This document shows, piece after piece, positions 12,971-25,987 of a stretch of DNA of 64,000 bases (positions are counted from its first letter, which is position 1; each line of letters opens with the position of its first letter). This DNA is from Fistulifera solaris (taxonomy: Eukaryota): assembly GCA_030295235.1 (NCBI GenBank), contig AP026130.1, positions 992,001-1,056,000 on the forward strand, in the 5' to 3' direction. A program made the position numbers and the translations under genes. The notes beneath the pieces were generated by a model. That model saw only the letters and a list, made by a program, of their open reading frames with translations. It searched no databases and had not been told where the DNA came from.

Positions 12971-15149
12971 CTATAGTGTTAATAGCTTACGTTTCTTGTG
13001 AGCTTTTCTCGAACATTTGGGATAAAGCAGATTGGAGTCGTGAGATCTAGCAAAAAGTAGGGCGAGAAGCTCCGAGGGAACGGATCCCATCGCTCCGTTA
13101 CCGCCCGTTTGATCCGACAATACAACGTGAAAGCACCGTTTTCGCGGATCGAAATTAGTCATCGGTGTCACCTGAAAAGAAATTATATGAGGAAATACCT
13201 ACCTAGTATATGTGACAGCCATAAAGCGCCTCTTTTTACTCACCGTCATGGAAAGCGGGAGCGAAACATTCTCAGCATTTCCTTTTCTGGGAAAACTGAC
13301 GCACGGTAACGTCAGGGCCGATTTTTCACTCAGTCGCTTCGTGCTCCCTTCATGCGACGGAGAAGAAGATCTTAAAGCTGTCGCAACAAAATCGAAAAGT
13401 TTAGCGAGCTCTCGTGATGGTACTAAACTGAAGATTGTCAATCTCTGTAATTCTTTGGGCTCGAGACCTGTGATAACCAAGAAGAAGGCATTCCCTGTTA
13501 CAAGACTGTGAGTAAGATAAAGTATGCACACATCGATGCCCAATCAGAACACCCTGATCACTTACATGCCACAATCTTTCCCGAATCGGTTGCTAACAAC
13601 TGAGGAATACTAGACTTGATAAATACCTCCTGAAAATCCAGATCAATGTTTCCAGTAGCGACATGTAAAGAGTTAATCCTCCTTAGCCGAGTGTTTCCAT
13701 TTGGGCACATAATCCCACCAGTACACGACGTTGTTGATTCTGTTATAGCCGTTCTTGCCTCATTTTCTACACCGCTGGAACCGGCAGATGATAGAGTAGA
13801 CTGGTGTGAAACCATTAACCGTTGTGCTTTTCGACTTTTTAGAGAATCTCCTATATCATCACCTACTCCACTGGCGGCTTTTGGTGGCATTTTAGCTGAA
13901 ATGGACGAATCAGTTAGATCAGATAACGTACTTTCTGGTTCGGAACGCTCTTGTTGTACCGATTCATCTTCTACTCGTAGTCGTCGGACCTCCAACTGAT
14001 TCTTGACATCTTGTATGGCTTTTTCTTTGAGCTCATTCGCATTTTTCATGTGCTTGAGATATCGAGCACACCTTAAGTCAGATTGGAGGCCTAGCTGTTA
14101 GTTAGTGTTGCTACAAAGCAAGCCATCCGGGCACGTTACTTACGAGGATAAAGTGTGAAATTTGCTGTTCACTTCAATCTTCCAACCATCCTTTTCCATT
14201 TTGACGCGCAACTGTTCAATCAGATTAGTTATTTGCTGAGCCCGCTTCTGTTCCTTTGCGTTTTTGACTCCTTTGCTTTCAGCAGTACACGCCATTGCCC
14301 CAGTCAGCCTCTTATTACCATGTTCGTGGTTGACGGCGAATTCCGGCATCGGGGCCCCGAATGAGAAAGCTTCAACACTCTGAGACGCATGTTGCGACGC
14401 GAGGAAATTGGCATACAACTCCGCGGAGCTACTTGGAACGACAGAGGCACTCTTCTCGTTGCTGAAGTATGATTGTGAAGAGGTTTCTTCCGCGTTCTTC
14501 AGTTGCCCGGCCTCAACTGCCGAGTTAAACAAAAGGGGCTCGCACCCCAGGCCGCAGCAAGACTATTGAACGCTACTTGTGCCATATTCAAAGCGTCATA
14601 GGGCGGACATGCAGCTGATGATTGTATACCTTGAGGATGCAACTGGGCAGCTGCTTCCGGTCTAAATACAAGTCTCGAGGAAGTATCATCGACATGATGA
14701 TTTTCATTGTCACTGCTGTTTATGAATTGCAACGGTTCGTTCGATGATCCAGTTTCTTCTGGTTGTCGAGTCGAGCCTTTCATTTTTTCGTTCCCATTTA
14801 AGTGGTCAAGTCCGTTCATTATATTCTCGCCCCGCTGCTCAGATTGGACTGACGATGTGGAACCTCCCGAGGTAAATCTTGTATTCGTCAAGGGCTTTCC
14901 GTCTACTTTCATTCCATCAACATTATCCCCATTGTCGTCATAATTTGTCATCAACGTGTACTCAAGATTATTCTGCTCCGTTAATTCCCTCCAGCCAGGA
15001 GTCCTATCTCGCCTTGAGCTTGAAAAGCCCGATTCATCACCCTCAAGCTTGTCGTTGCATTCGCCATCTAAGAACGAACAGAAATCGAGGTCCATCAGGT
15101 CCAATTTCCGCTCGTCATCTACATCGTTCGATGCTTCCGATGAAGTCAT
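12971..15149 (-). CDS. bHLH-PAS transcription factor (diatom bHLH_PAS class); three introns and one frameshift near 14530
   Basis: bHLH KEQKRAQQITNLIEQLR..SKFHTLSSCARYLKHM is restored by splicing. PAS region LDFQEVFIKSSIPQLLATDSGKIVAWNAFFLVITG..LTIFSLV..CFHVVL. Confidence 0.8.
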
Positions 15150-15829
15150 CCCTCGTTTAACTATTAAACTATTGGTTCAGCTTTGTCTCTGTTTGTTTTA
15201 AATTTGATCATTACTTTAGAAAAGGTTTTGTTTCGCATTGCGTTTTATTGATGTGCAACGACAACCTTCTTGTGCTTCACGATTTCACGAACAGAGAGGT
15301 GATGCGATTTTGCATTATTTTGCCATCTGTCAAAATCTCCACCCGTCAACCGTCAACCGGCTTCCGCTTTTTTCTTCTTGTTCGCTTTCAGAACTGGAAT
15401 TACTAAAAAGCATTATACCCGGAGAAATTTCGTACTGTTTGTTGCCGGATGTCATCTGTCGTGGATGTCACTTTCCTACATTCTTCTATAGAAATCAGAA
15501 GACCCGGTTGAAGTTTCTGGTTTCTGGACAGGTGGACGAAGGACGAAGGGCACAGCATCATAAATAATACTCCGTAATCATAATCAGCTAACGTTTCACC
15601 TTTCATGAAATAAGAAACTCTCTATTGAACAGGAACAAGGGTCGATTACGAATCCATATGGTATCCTCTTTCACAAGCAAGATACATCGCTTGAAAAACG
15701 ACGGAATTAAATGCAATATTCGTATTTCTAATGTAAAGGTCCAGCTAAATGCCAACTGCAATGCATCAACGGCGTGCAACATAACATGCTGGTAGGTTGT
15801 TCGGGTTGTTGAGCACATGCTACCTAACA

Positions 15830-17154
15830 CTAGACAACCAGTGATTGCTCTTCTTCGTCACCAGAAGAATCATTCTCAACGTATGCTTCCATGCCAGGTC
15901 CAAACGAAACAAGTAGCAAGTCACTTTGTGCGGCAATTGGGGAAGGAAACGTTACAACAAATGTCGTAGAGCCATCATCACTTGCACTTTCCCAAGTAGT
16001 AGTCGCGCCAAGAAACGGCAACTCGATGCGTTGTCGCAGAGCTTCGGGAATAGATAGTTCATCGTTCAATTGAATGCTTTCAGCGAACAACCCACTCTGT
16101 CTCGCAAAGTTTTCAGAGCTCAAAGGAAAGGGTTCCTTGACAGCATCGCTGAAAAGATGTTGTCTAATAGATTGCGGCAAAGGTTCAACGCCAACCGGTT
16201 TACACTCCATATCCCAAATATTGACGAGAAAGGTCACCCGAATGTCCGAGTAGCTTCTATTGTCGCCAACGCCAGGTCGCCGTAGTAAATAGTTTGCCGG
16301 GGCTCCATGAAGAAGTCGGCCATCAAAAACAAGATGATTCCCTTGTCGAGGGTAGCTCAAGAGCATCTCAGAGATAGTCTCATCTTCAGGCTGATCATAA
16401 CGTTTAGAAAAGACGACAGTTGGGGGCGCATTTCCAGAGTCCGTCAGATACGTGACAGTCGATATCAATGGAAAAACACCAATGCCAAACTTCTCGGCGA
16501 TGGTCTCATCTTTATCATAGTGTAAATCGACCGCTTCAGAGGTATTGTCTACCATTCGGTCCCCATTTGATCGTTGTGATGAAACATTTTTGACTTGCAC
16601 CCACCATTCGGCTCCACATCCTTTCAAACTATACCTTTGGCAGTGCCCATTCAAAATAGTCCAAGCAAGTAATTCAAGTTCACTTAATTCTATCGGATCG
16701 ATCGATGGATCTACCCAGAACGTTTCCTTAGAATGCTTCACTAGCGTTTGCGTCTGAAGCTGTAATCTGTCAGCGACTTCCTTTCCTTCAATCAGTGAAA
16801 AAGACGGCTGTCTTTGACAGAAGTCAGTGGTCGATTGGTCGATGGTTTCTGGCTAAGGCAGGGCCTGCCATTCAGCAATCGCTTCGCCTCTCGATCTGAT
16901 TCATTCACGATCCTGCAGCCGACCAGGATCTGTCTACAATCACAATAACATGGACCCATACCCACATACTCTAACCCATCATGATCGGCGTGACAATGGT
17001 CAGCGCAAGCTTGACAAAGGCAGAGCAGCTGGCCATCTTCGGGCGTACATGAGTGACACACAAAGATCGACTGAAAAACTGACTTGTTTTGTGTCAAAGG
17101 AAACGTGCAGTACTGGCACCTTTCATCAATTGCAGAGCCTTGATGATCCGTCAT
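15830..17154 (-). CDS. UBR-box zinc finger fused to 2OG-Fe(II) oxygenase-like domain (one frame break ~16800-16850)
   Basis: CTF..QSIFVCHSC..CLCQACADHCHADH..CYCDC (zf-UBR pattern). GAEWWVQ..LHYDKDE..STVTYL..FDGRLLHG..RVTFLVNIW (HxD..H..R). Confidence 0.72.
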
Positions 17155-17709
17155 AGCAAGGTGACTTTGTTTGTATAGTAGTTTTACGTCGCTATTGTGT
17201 AAATGCAAAAGGAATGTCATAATAATGTGATGCCACGGAAGAAAATGTTCTCGGAATACATCACGCATCGGAGGGAAACGGAAGAAAAAGTCGGAAATGT
17301 GACGAGTGGCGAAGCGAAGATTATGACGCCATACGTGCTTCGTACGTAAGATCTTGACGGTTTTTATATAAATAGCTTATTGATTCTACGACTGCAAACA
17401 CGGATTCTAAGTGCACTTTCGATGAGAACGAAGACAATGAACAAGTCACGCATATTTAGTCACGTGTTAGGTGTTAGGTAGGCATTCCAAAAATGCTACT
17501 TCAAGGTAACAAGCGAAGTATCGAATCTAGAAGTGCTACATCGGTTTCAATCAGGTCAACAAACTCGTTCAAATGCAATATCGATTCATCTTTTTCTGCA
17601 AGTGCGGCATGTTGGACAAGCGTGGCTTCCATTTCCATACACTACCAAGAACAGACCTAAAAAAATCAGAGCGTAGTATAAATATTGTGTTTATGAGCAT
17701 AACAACTAA

Positions 17710-19080
17710 TCAATCAAGCTGCCAGCACTTGATTGTTTGATCGACGCTTGCAGAGACGAGCACAGGGAACTTGTGATGCATGTCAATCGAAGCAATAAAA
17801 TGATCGTGTGCCTTTTCTATGGTCCGCAGACATCGTTCAGCCTTGATGTCAAACACTCGTATCGTTTTATCGTCTGAGCAACTTATTAGATAATTGCCAT
17901 TCGGATGAATGAGAACACTTTGAACCCAATTTTCGTGCGCCTTGAATACTGCTAAACAAGACCCTTCCGATACTTTCCACAAGCGTACGGTGCGATCTCG
18001 TGATGCAGATGCTAAATAGTCGCGAATGGTTTCTGTGTGTTTGTTTTCTCTCGTTCCGACTTTCAGAGGTTCCTCTGTAACAAAGGCCAACGACTCAATG
18101 ACGTGTTCGTGCCCTCGCAATTCGACCGAAAGCGTTTTCAATCCGTCGTAAACACAAATAACCTGATCGTTTCCAGCCGATGCCCAAAGAGCTCCATCCG
18201 ACTGCCGAACTGCTAAACAACGAACCCAGTTTGTATGATTCGAAAAAGTGTGATCGCAAAATCCAGTTTCAACATCCCACACTTTGACCGTATTATCTCG
18301 AGACGCAGAAATTAAATGCTTGCATCCCGCCATTGTGGCTTCGATACCTGTGGTTGTACTAGACGGTGATCCTCCTGCTGCAGTCAAATCGAGTGATGGC
18401 AAAAATCGTACACATGAAATGGTATGATCGTGTCCTCGCAAAGTTCGTAAGCAAGCGTGTGTTGTAAAATCCCAGAGCTTGATCGATAAATCTGTCGAAC
18501 ACGATGCCAGATGACCACCCTTAGGAGTAAAGCATACAGAATTGACAGTATTCGTATGTCCTTTTAACGTCTTCATATATTCACCACTCTCATGATCCCA
18601 GATCTGCGTTTTCGGTGTGTGAGACGAAGGGTATCAAAATATCACACAAACGACCATTTTTCCCCACTCACCTTGATGGTTCCATCTTCGGATCCACTGA
18701 CTACGACGGTATAATCGGGATGTAGTGCGATTGCTGTGACACCCATTGAATGACCCTTCAAGGTATGAGTCGGAGGAAATCTCGGCAACAGACGACGCTG
18801 TCCCCCACCGGCATCGACGCGATGTGCGTGTATTTTCACCGATTCGGCCGCCTGTCGCTCCAACTCTAGTACTTTTTTTCTGCAACCGCGGAATCGCGAT
18901 CCATTTCTTTTCCAGCAGCGGTATTTTGCTCGCGGACGACCCGTTGGTTTTGCCACAGGCTTCGGGGTCGCCCTCCGCGAGTGCGTCGGCCGCTTTCTGG
19001 AAGGCCTCGCCGGGTCTGCTCCTTAAGTATTCGTAGATTCCGGCATGTAAATCTGTTCTTTGTCGATCTGTTAAAACCAT
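17710..19080 (-). CDS. LIS1: Lissencephaly-1 homolog (LisH + coiled coil + WD40), dynein regulator
   Basis: [19 protein letters not shown] (LisH), LLEKKW..RLQKKVLELE, WD40 repeats. One intron ~18605-18671 and one poly-T frameshift ~18875. Confidence 0.92.
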
Positions 19081-19571
19081 AGCTTGTTATAATTATTTTA
19101 CAAGAGCTAAATGGAGTCTGGTATTGTCTGCTTGGTCTTGTAATGATTACTCATTCATGGCGGTCTCGTGGTCACGCACATTGGCGTAAGAAGGGCAGCG
19201 CGGTGCGGTGCGCAGGCATTCTCACTATGGAATAATCAGTAGTCTCGTTTGGCATTTTCTCCCCCACCTTGCAGTTTGGAAGTTCCAACCGAATCAATAG
19301 CCGTTGAGAAATTTTTATCTAGCAAAGTCGACACTCAGGGCCTGATCCTAATTAGACCAATGAATACCGAAGTCTCATTTTAGTTCCATGTCATGAAACA
19401 AGTAAATTAATGAATCAGAACTGCTGCGACACGTTCAATGCCTTTGAAACGTGCAGAGCATCAGATCAAAACGATCCTTGCGTTGCAATGCAATACGACA
19501 AATAATATCATCAAGTGAAAGCCTCAACAAACTTCATTTTCCCTTTTCCCTTCCAAGTTAACTACTCATTC

Positions 19572-21548
19572 ATGTCAATGACATCGAAGATGCGCAAACG
19601 GCTCATTTTAGCTCTTTTCTCTCTTATATTGACGGCTTCTGCTGACGACGAATGCGGCTTGTATCTCGCCATCTCGTCAACCGCCACAGCGGAAGAAAAT
19701 ACTTGGGGAGTCTACGCAGGGCGCGATATTCCAGCCCGCAGTGCCATAGGGTTTCCTGAGATTGGTATTAATATGCCTCACTTGAAAGCGAATACGTATT
19801 TTGCGGAAGATGGCGATGAAGAATCTGAGGAATATTTGGGGCAAATTGTGGATTTTCTCGAATCGAACATTTGGGTGCCCGGACCGGCGGGAGCCTTGTT
19901 CGAACTGGTCAAGGGACGAAGTACTTCGGCCATTCCGGGTGCAGGTGCATTGGCGGCTTTCAATACGAAGTTGACCAATGTCGAGTGGAATGCGACGGCT
20001 GCCTACATGAAGCCGTATTGGGGAGAGGAAATGGAAAAGACGCATTCCAATCGAGGTGCAATCTCTCCATTTTATCATGTCATGGTGCAAAGTAAGGTGG
20101 ATATACCGGCTGGTTCGGAGCTTTTCATGGATTGTAAGTCATTCAAAATGCGTATTGTGATGATTTCTAGACATCTTTCTTATTCCTGACGCTCACATCG
20201 TTTTCGTACTTTCAGATGGTGAAAACTGGGCCAATGACGAAGAAGAAGCCGATCTTCACGGCGAAGATTGGGACGAACTCGATCAAACTATTGACGATAT
20301 GATACAATTCTTTGACAAACACAAAGAGAAACTTGATGCTGACGCCAAGCTTCAAGTTTACAACTTTTGCTCAAGGATGTGATGAATGCCGCGGTCGGAG
20401 TCGACAAGGCGCATCGCATTACGAGTATCCTTCCCTCTCAACCAGACGATCTCAACCAGGTAAAAGAAGCTGGAGGTGCTCTTAAATACAGTGAGCCCGA
20501 CGTTTATCGCAAAATTGAATGGCTGAAACAATACGGCCGTTGTATGGATAACATTCGACCAGGTCCATCTACGATCCCAAATGCGGGTCGAGGAGCTTTT
20601 GCGAATCGCAATATTCCACAAGGTGGTCTCGTTGCGCCTGTCCCCTTGGTCCACATTCCGGATTCTATCATTCTCGATATGCATGATCTTACCCTTTCGG
20701 AGGACGGCGATTATATGCGCGAGTCCGACAATGTTGTGCACCGCCAACTACTTTTGAACTACGTTTACGGGCACCCAGAATCCAGTATGGTATTTTATCC
20801 AACCGGATCGATCGTTTCCTTTATTAACCATGCTGATGAACCGAATGCGAAACTGGTATGGTCCGATCACCCTAGCAATTCCAAAGTTTGGTTTGAAACG
20901 GAACCCGAAGATCTTATCTCCGAAGAACACCAACACATTGGCCTTTTGATGGAAGTTGTTGCTGTGAGGGATATCAAGGAAGGCGAAGAAATATTTATTG
21001 ATTACGGAAAGGAATGGAAGGAGGCATGGGAGGAGCACAACAAGAAGTTTGACCGATTGGTAAAAGATGGTAAAATTCCTTCTACATGGCCGGTTCGAGC
21101 CGTGGATATGAACAATAAGTACCAGTCAGTTGGCTACAGGACAAAAGAGGAACTTGCGAAAGATCCCTATCCAGAGAATGTCCGCTTGGCTGCGTTCATC
21201 GTCTTAAAGGGAGGTAAGCAGTCGGGTGCGATGGAAGAGAATGTTTACGAATGGGGCTTTGAGGAAGAAGAGGGTAGCTTTCACCATGATCAACTTCGTA
21301 CTGTTGAGATAGTGCAGCGTCGATCAGTAGAGGAATCGAAGTCAGCGGCTCCATACCTGTACCTCGTCAAATCGATCAGCAACAAGAAAAGAGAAGTTTT
21401 CATTGACAATGTTCCCCATGAAGCAATCGTTTTCGTCGACGCTCCTGGAACAAGCGATCAATTTTTCAACGATAGTTTTCGTCACTACATCGGTATTCCT
21501 GACGAAATTTTCCCTCAAGGCTGGCGAAATGCAGTTAAAGAGGATTAA
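19572..21548 (+). CDS. Secreted SET-domain protein methyltransferase (diatom-type), paralog A; intron 20134-20215
   Basis: Signal peptide LILALFSLILTASA. First SET-like unit CGLYLA..WGVYAG..ELFMDYG; second unit STIPNAGRGAFA..INHADEPNA..EIFIDYG. Confidence 0.85.
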
Positions 21549-21997
21549 TAGACTACTAGTCTAATGTTTCATGGTTAATGTTTGTAAGTGTCTAGTTCAG
21601 AGGAGAACATCTCGTTTCGCTAGTAATGGTGACGCCAGTATAAAAGGGAAGCATTAACAAGTTACCCCACAATCTAGACTGTTATATATCGGGATATCAA
21701 GGTGATGAGAAATCACAGTGTAAGAAGATGATTATTGATCATGTTGTGAGCATAGCCATAGCATCATCGTCGTTGATGGAGGTGCGCCTGTCAGCCGTCA
21801 ATCTCTTGCACACGTCATCACGACGAAGCCTTGCGATTTTCGTGAACATCTCGCCGCAATGTTGCATTTTTTGACATCAACGGCACACCTGTCATTTAAG
21901 CCATCGATTACCCTCTTAGTTCACGCTCATTGAGTGGGTATCAGTTTGCGTCGTTCCCGGTATTTAATTCGTAGAAAGGAAGAGTAATTAAGCAGCA

Positions 21998-22633
21998 ATG
22001 CAATCCGCATCATCCCTGTCGTCTTCATCAGCCGGCATCGCTGCCGAGAAATGCTCTCGGCGGCTGTGCAATTTACTATTCCTTTCTCTTGTTCTACTCA
22101 ATCTACTCTCGAAATGTCCTTGCAACGCTTTCATGCTCAGCGGAAGACACTCTCGTCGCAACCGAGCGTCAACTTTGTCAATGGCAGTGGGAAAAACAGG
22201 TAGCAAAGTTATCGAATCACCCGATCAATACTCCGAGATGGTGTCAACATCTAGCAGAACACGGCCCGTTCTTATTTTCTGGACTGCACCTTGGTGGTAA
22301 GTGAAAGAGGACGGAATACGTCTCTAGAAGGTGTAGAAATCGTTCTCATACTGCACATTATTTCTTTGTTGCAGCGGTCCTTGTCGTCTGAGTGCACCTG
22401 TTGTTAAGGAGGTCATGAAACAATTCTCCGGAGATATCGATGTTGCCGAAGTATGTACAGATGATTTACCAGAAGTTGCGGCAGATGCTGGCGTCGTTAG
22501 TATACCAACGATACAGCTGTGGTATGAGGGGAAGCTGAGAGACACGATTATTGGGTGTGTTGCAAAGAGCGTGTTGGCCACCGCAGTTGAGAAAGTACTC
22601 GAGGACACGACCCAGCAAAAGAAAAGCGTTTAG
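21998..22633 (+). CDS. Plastid-targeted thioredoxin; intron 22297-22374 splits the WCGPC site
   Basis: Splicing gives FWTAPWCGPCR; later SIPTI. Hydrophobic signal ending CNA-F plus a basic/Ser-rich transit region. Confidence 0.88.
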
Positions 22634-22730
22634 TAATCTAGTAAAGCTACAAGTAAAAACAATTTTAGCATGGACAATCCATTCGTCTGATTGCTTAACA
22701 AGAAACGCTAATTGTCGCTTGATCTTACAA

Positions 22731-24605
22731 TCACGGCCGGAGATCTCGCCATGCTTGTGGGAACATTTCATCTGGGATTTCAATCCAATGTCGGAATGCT
22801 CCAAATGTGTGCATATCTGACATATACGGCTTTTCAAGTAGAATAATGGCGGAATGGGGCACTCCTTTGACTTCCACAATGTCGGGGCTTCCTTTAAACC
22901 TAGTCAAAACGGTGTAGGTATAACCCGACGTTTCATCGCCTTGCGTACTTTGCAAATCACACACCATCAAACTCTGACCCTCAAAGTCTTCGTAACTATT
23001 GGGTCCGATCCACTGGAAAATTTCTTGGCCTTCGGCGTTATCTTTGGGTTCTCCATCTGCTACGGTATCTGTCTCGAGAAAGCATGCTGTAAACGAACTT
23101 GGTGGGTACGGGATTTGCTTCCTTTTTATATCCGTCGGGTACGGTTTGTTTTTGAATTCTACTCGAGCATCTTCTGACCTTCGTGGCCATACGTCGCCGG
23201 ATATATCCAAGTATTCATCAAAGCGTATGAGATGTTCTTGCCATGCATTTTCCCAGCTCGGTCCGTAGTCAATGAATATTTCTTCTCCTTCTTGAATGTC
23301 TCGGTCAGCAATCAAAAGGAAAACGAGCTGAGGATCTACTTCCGCCATGTTCCACTCGCGGAAGTCGATATCATGTATTCCATGATCAAAGCCTACATGG
23401 TCATGAGATGACCACAGAATGCGTGCGTTTGGATATGGCGCGTGATTGATCAGGTTTACCATGGGACTTGTGGGTACCATGAGAAGACTCGACTCGGCGT
23501 GTCCGAAAGCATAATTCAATAACAATTGCTGGCCTATGGGTCGTTCACGGTCGTAAGTGAGGCCTACCTGGCCGTCTTCGTTGGTGTATTCTGTGATCAT
23601 GAACATGTCGAGAATATCTTCGGCCAGGATAGGTATCATCGGCATGGGGGCGATCACATCACCTTCTTTGAAGGAACGACTCGCAAATGCGCCCCGACCA
23701 GCATGCGGGATCGTACTTGTTCCACTGCGTAGATAGTCTACGCACAGCCCATGTGTTTCCAACCACTCGATCGATTTAACTAAATCCTGATTGCGGTACA
23801 TGAATGCGCCGCCAGCTTCAATGGCTTTTCTCACTTTGGCTGGTGTTTGGGGAAGTAGCGACCTCAGCACTTTACCACGTTTTCCACCCACTTCTTCGAC
23901 CATTGTATCGAGAATAAAATCCAAGACATCTTGTTGAAAGCTTCCTTTCATTTCTTTTTCGTATTTGTTCATAAATGTTGCAATCTTCGCCAGAATATCT
24001 TCAGCCTCGTTATAGTCCAAACGAGTGATGCGATCCTGATACAAGTCTTCACGGTCGTCATCGAAAACGTCGCCTAAATTCGCAAACAGTTCCATTCCTG
24101 CTGGAATATTTTGTGCCGCCCGCATCGTAAGATTGTAATAGTTGGTAAAGGCGCCTCTCCCCGGCGATGCCTTGCCCTCTTCGACGACACCATCTTGACG
24201 CTCGCGGAGCAAAACTCCGGGTTGAAACCAGTCAATATTGTAATATCCTGAATGATGATTCGCGATGGTAGCAACTCCCGGACTAAAGAGTGTTGTCGTG
24301 TGATTCCCTTCCCACTGCATGCCCGCAAAGGACGACATCCAAACCTTTCCCTCGAGGAACTGGATGATGGCATTGTACAGCTCAAATTTATCCTGATCGA
24401 CGTAATTGCCTACCGCTATATCCACTAGTGGTATTCCGATCTCTGGATTGGGAAGAGTCTCGTTTTGTTGAAAGTCAACACCGGCAAAGAGCCCAAATTT
24501 CGGATTGTCGTCTCGGTAGAAATGCGACTTGGCAATGTAGAGGCGGCATGTTTCTGCGACAGCAACGGGAAGGAGCAGCAGTCCCGCAGCTCGAGAAAGC
24601 AACAT
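22731..24605 (-). CDS. Secreted SET-domain protein methyltransferase, paralog B (intronless)
   Basis: Signal MLLSRAAGLLLLPVAVA; CRLYIAKS..FGLFAG, ANHH, STIPHAGRGAFA, INHAPYPNA, EIFIDYG, C-terminal FRHWIEIPDEMFPQAW like paralog A. Confidence 0.87.
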   Translation of the reverse strand: MLLSRAAGLLLLPVAVAETCRLYIAKSHFYRDDNPKFGLFAGVDFQQNETLPNPEIGIPLVDIAVGNYVDQDKFELYNAIIQFLEGKVWMSSFAGMQWEGNHTTTLFSPGVATIANHHSGYYNIDWFQPGVLLRERQDGVVEEGKASPGRGAFTNYYNLTMRAAQNIPAGMELFANLGDVFDDDREDLYQDRITRLDYNEAEDILAKIATFMNKYEKEMKGSFQQDVLDFILDTMVEEVGGKRGKVLRSLLPQTPAKVRKAIEAGGAFMYRNQDLVKSIEWLETHGLCVDYLRSGTSTIPHAGRGAFASRSFKEGDVIAPMPMIPILAEDILDMFMITEYTNEDGQVGLTYDRERPIGQQLLLNYAFGHAESSLLMVPTSPMVNLINHAPYPNARILWSSHDHVGFDHGIHDIDFREWNMAEVDPQLVFLLIADRDIQEGEEIFIDYGPSWENAWQEHLIRFDEYLDISGDVWPRRSEDARVEFKNKPYPTDIKRKQIPYPPSSFTACFLETDTVADGEPKDNAEGQEIFQWIGPNSYEDFEGQSLMVCDLQSTQGDETSGYTYTVLTRFKGSPDIVEVKGVPHSAIILLEKPYMSDMHTFGAFRHWIEIPDEMFPQAWRDLRP

Positions 24606-24923
24606 TTCTGTTTGGTTATGGGGTTTTCTGCTTTTGTTTTTCAAAAGCAAGGATTGTTTGCTTCATCAAAGATCATCGACCTCTTGCTCGGTAGGGAGTA
24701 TTTTCGAGCCGTTTGAAAAAAAAAACGACCGTTTCGCAGTCCCGAGGTATTTTGTTCCCGAACGGACGTATGTACTGGCAGACAGTTGCCCTTATTCTCC
24801 CCTTTTCATCTGCGTCATCGGATGGTCCACTCTTTTTCTCGTCAATTTTTTTTTCTGCCTTTTGTTGTTGCAACAATATTTTCCATCCATCCAACCCTCC
24901 TTTCTATTCGCGTTAAATACATC

Positions 24924-25164
24924 ATGAAATCGACATCCATCGCCATCTTTGCTGCTGTTTGCGCCACGGCGCAGGCCTTTTTCTGCCCCGCCCGCGTTTG
25001 TACGAACGGCTTTGACCAAGCAACTCTTTTCAGAGCCCAACAATGAAGAAGAGGAAGGTGGCTTGGATTTGGATTTAGGAGAAATGTTTGAAATGTTCGA
25101 AGCGGCGGACAAGGAGGAGAAGTTCGATGATGCTATCAAGAAAGTCAAGAAGGGCGACAAGTAA
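24924..25164 (+). CDS. Small plastid-targeted acidic protein (~79 aa; one extra T near 24980)
   Basis: MKSTSIAIFAAVCATAQA-FSAPPAF bipartite presequence; mature part SEPNNEEEEGGLDLDLGEMFEMFEAADKEEKFDDAIKKVKKGDK. Confidence 0.7.
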
Positions 25165-25319
25165 ATTATATAGAAATTCTATAAAACTGTTGCGTCGACG
25201 AGTGCTAAAATATTGCTTTCACATTTGCTTGATAAATAAAAAGCTGGTTAATTTATTATAGCTTTCTCCCGAGTACATTTATTTGCGTATTGCATACTGA
25301 GCGCAACTAGGTTTTGTTT

Positions 25320-25734
25320 TTAATTCATTTCCACCGGGGGCAGCATATCGGCCGGAATGAATTCACGAGAAATCATAAAGGGAATCAAAAATAGAACCGG
25401 TAGTAACGAAATGAGTGTGTAAAGAATAACCCGCGCTTGTTTGGGGTCCGATAAATCCGGATTGAGCACGCCTTCGGCCAATTCTTCACCTTGACTGATG
25501 AACGGCGCAACGACTTTTTTTACTCTTGGTTTCGTCTTCCACTGTATCGTCTCCCAATTCCACTACAGCTTCTTCTTTGTCACTCATAGACAGTGGTGAA
25601 AGCTGGAAATTTTTGCTTTGTGATCGTTGTACAAATGATAGTTGCGAAACCGAGTGCCCGTTCGTGAAGCCGGCGACACTATGTTCTGCAATCAGACAGA
25701 TGAAGGCTGCCGCGAAAACGGATAATCGCTGCAT
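25320..25734 (-). CDS. Small plastid-targeted single-pass membrane protein (poly-T frameshift ~25518)
   Basis: Signal ending SVAG-F. The corrected frame reads ..LNPDLSDPKQARVILYTLISLLPVLFLIPFMISREFIPADMLPPVEMN*. Confidence 0.68.
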
Positions 25735-25987
25735 TATTCTGTGTTGGCAAAACGATTTACTTCAATGAAACTGAAGCGATCACTTTTATCTTTCTTTTGA
25801 AGTCAACGTATCATCGTCCATCTGACGATGTCCAGCTCACATCAAACAAAAATCGTGTTCCGTCGTCTTTAATTTTTCCTTCCATGCGAATGACGTACGA
25901 AACATCAGTCAACACCCTATCCCAGTCCCTAATAATTTATGTTACATCATTAATCATTATCATGTACTATATTTTCCGCTTGTCGGA

